Source: Chthonomonadaceae bacterium (lineage in GTDB: Bacteria; Armatimonadota; Chthonomonadetes; Chthonomonadales; Chthonomonadaceae). From it: DNA of 56,373 nucleotides. The DNA lies in the NCBI GenBank assembly GCA_035650735.1, contig DASRGZ010000198.1, forward strand, positions 62,001 through 118,373. The letters are read 5' to 3'. The notes beneath the pieces are model-generated. The model saw nothing but the letters and a program-made list of their open reading frames with translations, made no database searches and had not been told where the DNA came from. A program made the translations under genes and the position numbers. How positions within the stretch are numbered: the stretch's first letter is position 1; every line of letters begins with the position of its first letter. Below are positions 49,057 to 56,373 of this stretch, piece after piece.

Positions 49057-49132
49057 CGGCAATCGGCAATCGGCAGACGGCAATCGGAAAACGAAAGTGT
49101 CCCGACTGCCGACTGCCTACTCCCGACTGCCC
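49057..49132. repeat. Inverted heptamer tandem repeat (GGCAATC/CGACTGC) between rpsC and rplP
   Basis: GGCAATCGGCAATCGGCAGACGGCAATCGG...CCGACTGCCGACTGCCTACTCCCGACTGCC. Confidence 0.8.
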
Positions 49133-49136
49133 AAGT

Positions 49137-50186
49137 TTACTCCGCCGAGGTCTCGCGGTCCTGCTTGGAGCCGCTTTCGCCTTTCTGCGCGCGCTGATCC
49201 TGAGGCCCCTGTGGGGCCTCACGGCCGCTGCCGCTCACATCGGGACGCGGGCCGCGCTGGCCGGTGGGCCGACCGCCGCCACCGCTGGGGCCGCCGCCCG
49301 CATTCGGGCGCGACTGGCCGCCACCGCCGCCGCTGGGCCGAGAACCGCCCATGCCGCCGGTGCGCGGACCGCCCTGCTCAGCGCCGCCAAAGCCGCTCGA
49401 ACGCCCGCCGCTGGCGCCGCCGCCACGTCCGCCACGTCCGCTGCGGCTGCCGCGCGAGCGTCCACCGCGCTCCAGGGCGCGATCCGTGCGCTCGCCGGAG
49501 CGGTCGGGACGTCCCGCCGGAACGCGGGCCGCTTCCACCTCGCTCTGACGCGGCTGGCCGGGCAGCACATCGCCCTTATAAATCCAGACCTTGACGCCGA
49601 TATTACCGTAGGTGGTAGCGGCTTCGGCAAAGCCGTAATCAATGTCGGCGCGTAGGGTTTGCAGCGGAATCTTGCCCTGGCGGTCTTGCTCGCGCCGGGC
49701 CATTTCCGCGCCGGCCAGCCGCCCGGAGCAGACCACGCGAATGCCGCGCGCGCCTAGCTTCATGGCGCGCACGACCGCCTGGCGCATGGCCCGCTTGTAG
49801 GCGATGCGCTTCTCGATCTGCTGGGCTACCGACTCGGCCACAAGCTGCGCGTCCAGGTCCGGATGGCGGATCTCCTGGACGCTGACGTGAACCTGCTTGC
49901 CGGTCAGCTTCTCCAGCGCCGCTTTAAGCTCATCCACGCCCTTGCCGCCGCGCCCAATAATAATACCCGGTTTGGCGGTGTGGAGCGTCACTTTCACGCG
50001 GTTGCCCGCGCGCTCAATCTCTATGCGCGAGATCGCGGCGGCGTACAGATGCTTCTTGACATATCGCCGGATCTTATAGTCTTCGTATAGGGCATCGGCG
50101 AAGGTCCGATCCGGGAGATACCATTTGCTCTCCCAGTCGCGGATGACGCCGATACGGTAGCCGATGGGGTGAATTTTCTGTCCCAC
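49137..50186 (-). CDS. rpsC: 30S ribosomal protein S3 with a long Gly/Arg-rich C-terminal tail
   Basis: [23 protein letters not shown] and GVKVWIYKG. Confidence 0.98.
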   Translation of the reverse strand: MGQKIHPIGYRIGVIRDWESKWYLPDRTFADALYEDYKIRRYVKKHLYAAAISRIEIERAGNRVKVTLHTAKPGIIIGRGGKGVDELKAALEKLTGKQVHVSVQEIRHPDLDAQLVAESVAQQIEKRIAYKRAMRQAVVRAMKLGARGIRVVCSGRLAGAEMARREQDRQGKIPLQTLRADIDYGFAEAATTYGNIGVKVWIYKGDVLPGQPRQSEVEAARVPAGRPDRSGERTDRALERGGRSRGSRSGRGGRGGGASGGRSSGFGGAEQGGPRTGGMGGSRPSGGGGGQSRPNAGGGPSGGGGRPTGQRGPRPDVSGSGREAPQGPQDQRAQKGESGSKQDRETSAE

Positions 50187-50205
50187 AGTGTTATCCTTTC
50201 GGTGG

Positions 50206-50850
50206 TTAGGCTTCGCCTGTTCCCGTCTCCGGCGTCTGGGCCTGCTCAGGCAGGGCGAGCGCCTCCGCCGCTGTCGTCTGCTCTGTCACCGCCGGAAGCT
50301 GTTCCTCGGCCACGGGAGCCGGGGCTGCCGGCGCGGGAGCGGCCGGCGCCTGCGGGGCCTGCTGGCGTGCCTCGCGGGCAGCCTGCGCGCGCCGTCCGGC
50401 AGTGGCCTTACGGGGCTTGCGCGGCCTGGGCGCGACCTCCTCGACCACGACGACGAGATGGCTCATGCGCTTGAGGATGCGAAAGGCGCGGCCCTGGGCG
50501 CGCGGCTGAATGCGCTTGATGCGCGGCCCCTCATCTACGCGCGCCTCGACCAGCTTGAGGTTCTCCGGGTCGAGGTTATGGTTGTTGGCCGCGTTGGCCA
50601 CCGCCGAAGCCAGTACCTTCGAGATATAGCCTGCGGCGCGGTTGGGAATAAAGCGCAGGAAGGCCAGCGCTTCCAGCGCATACTTACCGCGAATCTCATC
50701 CATCACCAGGCGCGCTTTGCGCGGCGGGACGCGGATGAACTTGGCGACCGCCCGCGCCTGATTCGGGGCGACCTTGCGGCCCAGGTTCTTCTTGCGGTTC
50801 TCGCGGTGTTCGCGCGGGCGTTCCGGCGCGTTCGTCACGGTGTCTGCCAC
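50206..50850 (-). CDS. rplV: 50S ribosomal protein L22 with terminal extensions
   Basis: [13 protein letters not shown] and PRAQGRA..ILKRMSH. Confidence 0.96.
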   Translation of the reverse strand: MADTVTNAPERPREHRENRKKNLGRKVAPNQARAVAKFIRVPPRKARLVMDEIRGKYALEALAFLRFIPNRAAGYISKVLASAVANAANNHNLDPENLKLVEARVDEGPRIKRIQPRAQGRAFRILKRMSHLVVVVEEVAPRPRKPRKATAGRRAQAAREARQQAPQAPAAPAPAAPAPVAEEQLPAVTEQTTAAEALALPEQAQTPETGTGEA

Positions 50851-50865
50851 GGTTAGCGTCCCTTT

Positions 50866-51153
50866 CTATTTGATGCCGGAGCGCCGCTCGACCTGCTGCC
50901 CGGCATGGCCCCGGAAGGTGCGGGTCATGGCGAACTCGCCCAGCTTGTGCCCGACCATGTTCTCGGTGATGAAGATCGGGATATGCTTGCGGCCGTCATG
51001 CACCAGCAGCGTGTGCCCGATAAAGTCCGGGAAGATGGTCGAGCGGCGCGACCAGGTCTTGATCGCCTTCTTCTCGTTGCGCGCGTTCATCCCACGGATC
51101 TTTTCCAGCAGCTTGGGGTCGGCATACGGCCCCTTCTTCAACGAACGTCCCAT
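50866..51153 (-). CDS. rpsS: 30S ribosomal protein S19
   Basis: [17 protein letters not shown] and MVGHKLGEF. Confidence 0.98.
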   Translation of the reverse strand: MGRSLKKGPYADPKLLEKIRGMNARNEKKAIKTWSRRSTIFPDFIGHTLLVHDGRKHIPIFITENMVGHKLGEFAMTRTFRGHAGQQVERRSGIK

Positions 51154-51192
51154 CGTTATCTCCAATATAAGCTGAAGTACCGCCTTGCTTAC

Positions 51193-51445
51193 CCGGCAGG
51201 CTAAACCCTGCCGCTGTGGAGCCTACGGCTCGCTGCCTGCCTGCGCGGGCAGAATACGTTCTTTTTCAAGCCGTCCGCTAACAGCTAGGGTCGGCCCTGC
51301 AATAATTCGGCCCCCCGCCTAGCGACACCTCCGCGGGCAAAACACCTTTCTCGCCCACGCAGGTGGGCGACGGGCGCTTTGCGCCCCCGAGCGGCAGGGT
51401 TTAGCCTGCCGCGTCAGGGGGGGACCTTCATCCCTCATCCTTATA
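51193..51445. repeat. Family C inverted doublet containing module A, between rplB and rpsS
   Basis: GGCAGGCTAAACCCTGCCGCT ... AGCGGCAGGGTTTAGCCTGCC with module A at about 51283-51330. Confidence 0.85.
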
Positions 51446-52297
51446 TTATGTGCCGCGTCTGCGGAGGATAAACTTATCCGTCGCCTTGTTGTGGCGGGTC
51501 TTATGCCCCAGCGCCGGCTTGCCCCACGGGGTCGCCGGGCCTTTCTTGCGTCCAACCGGGCTTTGCGCCTCGCCGCCGCCGTGCGGGTGATCGCGCGGGG
51601 TCATGGCAACGCCGCGCACGTGCGGCCTTCTGCCCATCCAGCGCGTTTTCCCGGCCTTGCCGTAAGACTCGTTCTCGTGCTCCGGGTTGCCCACCTGGCC
51701 GACGGTGGCATGGCAGGTCAGCAGGATCAGGCGCGTCTCGCCGGAAGGCAGGCGCACCTGCGCGTACTTGCCCTCTTTGGCCATCAGTTGCGCGCCCACG
51801 CCGGCAGCGCGAACCAGCTGACCGCCCTTGCCCAGATGCAGCTCAATATTATGGATGACGGTGCCGATCGGGATGGCGCGCAGGGGCAAGCTGTTGCCGG
51901 GCCGAATGTCGGCGGTCTCGCTGGCGATAATGGTGTCGCCTTCCTTGAGCCCGATGGGCGTCAGGATATAGCGCTTTTCTCCGTCGGTGTACTCGACCAG
52001 CGAGATGCGGCACGAGCGGTTGGGATCGTACTCAATCGTGCGCACGACCGCCGGAACGTCGTACTTATCGCGCTTGAAGTCAATGATGCGGTACATCCGC
52101 TTGCTGCCGCCGCCCCGATGCCGGGCCGTGACGCGGCCCTTGTTGTTGCGCCCGCCGGTCTTCTTGAGCGGCTCCAGCAGGGGCTTGTGCGGGTCTACCG
52201 GCTTCCTGGAGCCGGGCTTCTTGGTCAGTTCCTCAAAGGTAGAGACCGACCGGAAGCGCTTGCCTGGGCTCGTGGGTTTATATTGTCGTAGTGGCAT
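51446..52297 (-). CDS. rplB: 50S ribosomal protein L2
   Basis: IEYDPNRS and [16 protein letters not shown]. Confidence 0.98.
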   Translation of the reverse strand: MPLRQYKPTSPGKRFRSVSTFEELTKKPGSRKPVDPHKPLLEPLKKTGGRNNKGRVTARHRGGGSKRMYRIIDFKRDKYDVPAVVRTIEYDPNRSCRISLVEYTDGEKRYILTPIGLKEGDTIIASETADIRPGNSLPLRAIPIGTVIHNIELHLGKGGQLVRAAGVGAQLMAKEGKYAQVRLPSGETRLILLTCHATVGQVGNPEHENESYGKAGKTRWMGRRPHVRGVAMTPRDHPHGGGEAQSPVGRKKGPATPWGKPALGHKTRHNKATDKFILRRRGT

Positions 52298-52311
52298 GGT
52301 CTTGGTCCTGA

Positions 52312-52611
52312 TTAAACGCCTTCGAACAGCACGAGCGGCTTATCCGTAGTCACAATCGCCTTCTTCCAGTCGGGCGAGTAGCCGGGCTTGCCGCCGCGCA
52401 CCAGCGCGCGCTTCTTCTTGCCTTTGACGGTCATGGTATTGACCGCCAGGACGCGCACGCCCTCCCGCGCGTAGATTTTCTGGATGGCCTCTGCGATCTC
52501 GATCTTGTTGGCGTCTTTGGCGACGCGGAAATGGTACTTGTTGATGGCCGCCTGGTCCGTGCTTTTCTCGGTCAGCAGGGGCCGCTCGATGATCTCGTAG
52601 GGGTCTCTCAT
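52312..52611 (-). CDS. rplW: 50S ribosomal protein L23
   Basis: PLLTEKS, ANKIEI and WKKAIVT. Confidence 0.96.
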   Translation of the reverse strand: MRDPYEIIERPLLTEKSTDQAAINKYHFRVAKDANKIEIAEAIQKIYAREGVRVLAVNTMTVKGKKKRALVRGGKPGYSPDWKKAIVTTDKPLVLFEGV

Positions 52612-53285
52612 GCCGCTACCTCCTCAGCCTCCGCTTCCTGAGCCGCCTTCTCCGACGACCAGACCGCCTCCATACGCGCCACCGCGTCCCTGACCAGGAC
52701 AATCTTATGCGCCGTCATCACGTCGCGTACAGAGAAATTGGGCGCGAAACGCAACTCGACGTTGGGCAGGTTCCGCACCGACAGGAGCAAGACCTTGTCG
52801 TAATCCGGGATGATGATCAGCACGCGGCGCGTCTCGGCCAGATTGAGCGCCTTCAGCAGCGCCACCGCCGTCTTGGTCTTGGGCTTGGCATCAAAATGCA
52901 GGGCCTCCAGGCCCAGCATCGCGCCGTCGGCGACTTTGGCGGAAAGCGCAGAGCGCATGGCGGCTCGGCGCATCTTGACCGGGAACGCCTTGCGGTAGTC
53001 GCGCGGGGTCGGCCCACCGACCACGCCGCCGTGCCGCCAGTGCGGAGCGCGCGTGGAACCCTGCCGGGCGCGGCCTGTGCCCTTCTGCCGCCAGGGCTTG
53101 CGGCCGCCGCCGCGCACTTCGGAGCGGCCCTTCGTATCGGCGGTTCCCTGCCGTCGGTTGGCCTCTTCGGTGACGATGGCCTGATGCACCAGTGCCTCGT
53201 TGAACGCAACGCCGAAGAGCGCGTCCGGCAGGGGCAACGTCCCGACCTCTTGACCGTCTGTGTTAAATAATGGAATGGTTGCCAT
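52608..53285 (-). CDS. rplD: 50S ribosomal protein L4
   Basis: [27 protein letters not shown] 53285 with GGAG SD. Confidence 0.97.
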   Translation of the reverse strand: MATIPLFNTDGQEVGTLPLPDALFGVAFNEALVHQAIVTEEANRRQGTADTKGRSEVRGGGRKPWRQKGTGRARQGSTRAPHWRHGGVVGGPTPRDYRKAFPVKMRRAAMRSALSAKVADGAMLGLEALHFDAKPKTKTAVALLKALNLAETRRVLIIIPDYDKVLLLSVRNLPNVELRFAPNFSVRDVMTAHKIVLVRDAVARMEAVWSSEKAAQEAEAEEVAA

Positions 53286-53299
53286 TGTCCGGAGTTCTC

Positions 53300-53929
53300 C
53301 TAGCGCATCGGAAGGCGCTGAATAGTGAGCAGGCCGCCGTCGGCGCCGGGAACGGCGCCCTCGATCAGCAGCAAATTCTTCTCGGGATCCACGCGCACGA
53401 CGCGCAGGCCGCGCACGGTCACCTGCTTGTTGCCCATCTGGCCGGGCTTGCGGGTGCCCTTGAAGGTGCGGGCCGCATCGGTCGCGCCGCTCGACTGCGG
53501 CTTGCGGTGGATCATGGAGCCGTGCGTCATGTCGGCGCCGTGGAAGTGGAACCGCTTGACGACTCCCTGGAAACCTTTCCCTTTGGAGATGCCCGTCACC
53601 TTGACCCGCTGGCCCGGCTGGAAGATGTCGCACTTTATGGCGTCGCCCAGCTTATACTCGCCGGTGTCGTCGGTGCGGATCTCGCGCAGATGGCGGAGCG
53701 GCTGCTGCAAGCCCGCCTTTTTGAAATGCCCCATTTTGGGTTTGTTGACAAGCCGGGGACGGATCTCGCCGAACCCGACCTGGACGGCGTTGTAGCCGTC
53801 TTTATCAACACTCTTGAGCTGCGTGACAATGCAGGGGCCTGCCTCTATCACGGAAACCGGCACGACCTCGCCCGTCTCATCGAAGACCTGGGTCATGCCG
53901 ATTTTTCTGCCCAGAATTGTGTCTACCAC
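53300..53929 (-). CDS. rplC: 50S ribosomal protein L3
   Basis: GRKIGMTQVF, DGYNAVQVGF and SKGKGFQG; GTG start after GGAGA. Confidence 0.97.
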   Translation of the reverse strand: MVDTILGRKIGMTQVFDETGEVVPVSVIEAGPCIVTQLKSVDKDGYNAVQVGFGEIRPRLVNKPKMGHFKKAGLQQPLRHLREIRTDDTGEYKLGDAIKCDIFQPGQRVKVTGISKGKGFQGVVKRFHFHGADMTHGSMIHRKPQSSGATDAARTFKGTRKPGQMGNKQVTVRGLRVVRVDPEKNLLLIEGAVPGADGGLLTIQRLPMR

Positions 53930-53941
53930 AATCAATCTCCT

Positions 53942-54205
53942 TTATTCCGCGGAGGGAATTAAGAGCAGTTGCCAGGAGTCGGGATGAGCCTTATGCCAGG
54001 CATCCTCTAATTTTTGAAGCAGGACGGCTTTATCATAGATATCCTGCTTATCTTCCAGTCGGACTGCGAAGTATAGCCAATCGTTGTCCTGGCGGTCCAA
54101 ACTGGCATAGAACCCTGAGACTTTTCGGTTCTTCCGAGCCTCTTCGCGCAGCCAGTTGATGATGTCTTCTACCTCTTGTGGAGAAGGAGACGCCGCTTGT
54201 CTCAT
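53942..54205 (-). CDS. 87-aa hypothetical protein, putative partner (antitoxin) of the upstream HEPN gene
   Basis: AGGAG SD; intact ORF (DWLYFAV..YDKAVLLQKLEDAW..LLLIP); lower GC than neighbours; function inferred from context only. Confidence 0.75.
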   Translation of the reverse strand: MRQAASPSPQEVEDIINWLREEARKNRKVSGFYASLDRQDNDWLYFAVRLEDKQDIYDKAVLLQKLEDAWHKAHPDSWQLLLIPSAE

Positions 54206-54719
54206 CTGTTCTTCTCCTGCGGTAAGATGCTCTCTATTGTCTTGTGGAGATAGCCCGCATCTTTCCGCTCTATCCAGATCAGTCTGTTGGACCTGAATAC
54301 TACCTAACCCAAGTTGCTACCTAGGAACACGTTTGAGAGAGAATCGCTCTGGAAACCGGCTTTTGCATCACCGTTTGCCTTCTCGAAGAGGCAAGGTAGC
54401 AACTTGAGTTACCTACATAATCAGCATAGACCCGTAGCTTGTAAAGCCGCCTTAATCGGCCTGCAAGGTCGTTCCTCTTCTTCCTGGAAACGAGGACCGA
54501 TCTCAAATGATATATCAGCATACACGGAGTATCCACATGCGACCAAGCTTCGCGTCCGCTAGGAGGCTGCTGGTTCAAATACAGAAGAACCGCAGTCGCG
54601 GCCTGATAGGCCGCATAGTAATAACGGCTGATGCTAGAACGTGGATGGTCTCTTTCCATCTTATGAGCCGCTCTTAGCGACTCATCCGCCATTGTTCGCC
54701 ATGATTTCCAGTCAGCCAC
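54202..54719 (-). pseudogene. HEPN-domain gene interrupted by a MITE
   Basis: [17 protein letters not shown] and LRVYADY motifs; MITE inserted just after YADYVG; a probable C-terminus (KDAGYLHKTIESILPQEKNR*) lies beyond it in a shifted frame. Confidence 0.8.
54307..54409. mobile_element. 103-bp MITE, copy 2
   Basis: Identical to 28036-28138; TACCTA duplicated at 54301 and 54410. Confidence 0.92.
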
Positions 54720-54738
54720 ACAAGCATCCTACGAGTAC

Positions 54739-55059
54739 TTATAGCTTGATCTCGATGTCTACGCCGCTGGGCAGGTCGAGCCGCATCAGCGCGTCAATGG
54801 TCTTGGGGCCGGGTTCGAGAATATCAATCAGGCGCTTGTGCGTCCGCTGCTCGAAGTGCTCCATAGACTCCTTATCAATCGTCGTGCCACGATTGACGCA
54901 AAAGATCGCTTTCTCGGTCGGCAGCAGCACCGGGCCGGCAACGCGCGCACCTGTGCGCTTGGCCGTATCCACGATCTTCTCCGCCGATTGGTCCAGGATG
55001 CGGTGATCGAACGCGCGCAGGCGAATCCGCACCTTATCCTGACGTCCCAGAGTAGCCAT
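54739..55059 (-). CDS. rpsJ: 30S ribosomal protein S10
   Basis: [24 protein letters not shown] and [13 protein letters not shown]. Confidence 0.97.
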   Translation of the reverse strand: MATLGRQDKVRIRLRAFDHRILDQSAEKIVDTAKRTGARVAGPVLLPTEKAIFCVNRGTTIDKESMEHFEQRTHKRLIDILEPGPKTIDALMRLDLPSGVDIEIKL

Positions 55060-55117
55060 ACTCTCTCTTTTCTCCTCGCTTGTGTCTCGCTCTGTCGGAG
55101 TGAGGCGTATTCCAGTC

Positions 55118-55163
55118 AAAGAAAGGGGCCAGTCGCCGTCAGATTTGCCGACGACCGGCCTCT
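55118..55163 (-). terminator. Terminator/attenuator hairpin between tuf and rpsJ
   Basis: Minus strand AGAGGCCGGTCGTCGGCA-aatc-TGACGGCGACTGGCCCCT-TTCTTT. Confidence 0.65.
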
Positions 55164-55173
55164 AGGTGTGTGT

Positions 55174-56373
55174 CTATTCCATAATCTTGGTGACCACGCC
55201 GGCCCCGACCGTGTGCCCCCCCTCTCTTACCGCAAACCGCAGCCCCTCCTCTAAGGCAATCGGCTGGATGAGCTCACCGGTAATCCGGATGTTGTCCCCC
55301 GGCATCACCATCTCCACTCCCTCCGGCAGCATCATCGCTCCCGTCACATCCGTGGTCCGGAAGTAGAACTGCGGACGGTACCCACTGAAGAAAGGCGTGT
55401 GACGCCCCCCCTCTTCCTTGGTCAGGATGTAGATTTCCCCCTGGAACTTGGTGTGGGGCTTGATGCTGCCCGGCCTGGCCACCACCTGACCCCGCTCCAC
55501 ATCCGTGCGGTTGATGCCGCGCAGCAGGATACCGGCGTTGTCCCCGGCATAGATGATGTCACAGGTCTTGTGGAACTGCTCCAGGCTCGTGGCCACCGTC
55601 TGCCGGGTCGGACGCAGCCCAACAATCTCGACCGGCTCGTTGAGCTTGAGAGTGCCCCGCTCCACCCGGCCCGTGACCACCGTGCCCCGGCCCGTGATGG
55701 TGAACACATCCTCGATGGGCATCAGGAAGGGCTTGTCCGTGTCGCGCTCCGGGGTGGGAATGAAGCTGTCGACCGCATCCATCAGCTCCCAGATGCGCCC
55801 GTTCCACTTGTCGGCCCGGCTGGTATCCTCGCTGGCCAGCGCCTCGGTAGCCGACCCTCGGATGACGGGCACCTCATCGCCAGGGAACTCGTACTTGGAG
55901 AGAAGCTCACGCACTTCCAGTTCTACCAGGTCCAAAAGCTCCGCATCATCGACCATGTCGACCTTGTTCAAGAAGACGACGATGTAGGGCACGCCCACCT
56001 GCCGGGCCAGCAGGATGTGCTCCCGGGTCTGAGGCATGGGGCCATCGGCGGCAGAGACGACCAGGATGGCCCCGTCCATCTGGGCGGCGCCGGTGATCAT
56101 GTTCTTGATGTAGTCGGCATGGCCGGGGCAGTCAACATGGGCATAGTGGCGGGCATCGGTCTCGTACTCGGCGTGGTAGACGTTGATGGTGACGCCTCGG
56201 GCCTTCTCTTCGGGGGCGCTATCGATCTCATCGTACTTGAGGGCCTTGGCCTTGCCGGCGTCGGCCAGGACGCGAGTGATGGCGGAGGTGAGGCTGGTCT
56301 TGCCGTGGTCGACATGGCCGATGGTGCCGATGTTGACATGGGGCTTGGTCCGCTCAAAACGCTGCTTTCCCAT
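55174..56373 (-). CDS. tuf: Elongation factor Tu
   Basis: [20 protein letters not shown] and [13 protein letters not shown]. Confidence 0.99.
   Translation of the reverse strand: MGKQRFERTKPHVNIGTIGHVDHGKTSLTSAITRVLADAGKAKALKYDEIDSAPEEKARGVTINVYHAEYETDARHYAHVDCPGHADYIKNMITGAAQMDGAILVVSAADGPMPQTREHILLARQVGVPYIVVFLNKVDMVDDAELLDLVELEVRELLSKYEFPGDEVPVIRGSATEALASEDTSRADKWNGRIWELMDAVDSFIPTPERDTDKPFLMPIEDVFTITGRGTVVTGRVERGTLKLNEPVEIVGLRPTRQTVATSLEQFHKTCDIIYAGDNAGILLRGINRTDVERGQVVARPGSIKPHTKFQGEIYILTKEEGGRHTPFFSGYRPQFYFRTTDVTGAMMLPEGVEMVMPGDNIRITGELIQPIALEEGLRFAVREGGHTVGAGVVTKIME

Noticed and set aside
52608..53633. Extended N-termini in the ORF track for rplD, rpsH, rpmC, rpmJ, rpsJ and the DoxX-like gene
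   Set aside because: They overlap upstream genes or repeats; downstream starts with good SD sequences were used instead.
1..56373. tRNA or rRNA genes
   Set aside because: No cloverleaf or rRNA signature seen by eye in the intergenic regions; a tRNAscan/Infernal run would be needed to exclude them fully.

Overview
High-GC bacterial window, probably Armatimonadota (inferred from the prepilin/H-X9-DG protein and overall gene content, not from a search). The left half (1-30.2 kb) is a mixed housekeeping/accessory region: a GH-A glycoside hydrolase cut by the window edge, rsmG, a K+-independent H+-PPase, a MacB-type permease, a Tat oxidoreductase with a TPR multiheme cytochrome, a Zn alcohol dehydrogenase, a GAF-GGDEF protein, an ECF sigma/anti-sigma pair, fba, a Crp regulator, a DHH phosphoesterase and an NlpC/P60 protein. 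The right half (30.5-56.4 kb, minus strand) is the tuf-S10-spc-alpha-truA-rplM-rpsI superoperon, heavily remodelled. (i) A low-GC HEPN + unknown-partner gene pair sits between rpsJ and rplC. (ii) An EF-G II paralogue sits between rplE and rpsN. (iii) About ten intergenic spacers are filled with nested palindromic repeats. (iv) IF-1, S17, S3, L22, L16 and L17 carry long low-complexity extensions. The best-supported novelty is a 103-bp MITE present in two identical copies, both flanked by the same TACCTA duplication and both disrupting genes. Other notable features are a polar repeat module nested inside other palindromic repeats, a 210-bp palindromic element inserted in frame in the cytochrome gene, and a repeat/34-bp-spacer nested duplication resembling ectopic CRISPR-type integration at the 5' end of that gene.
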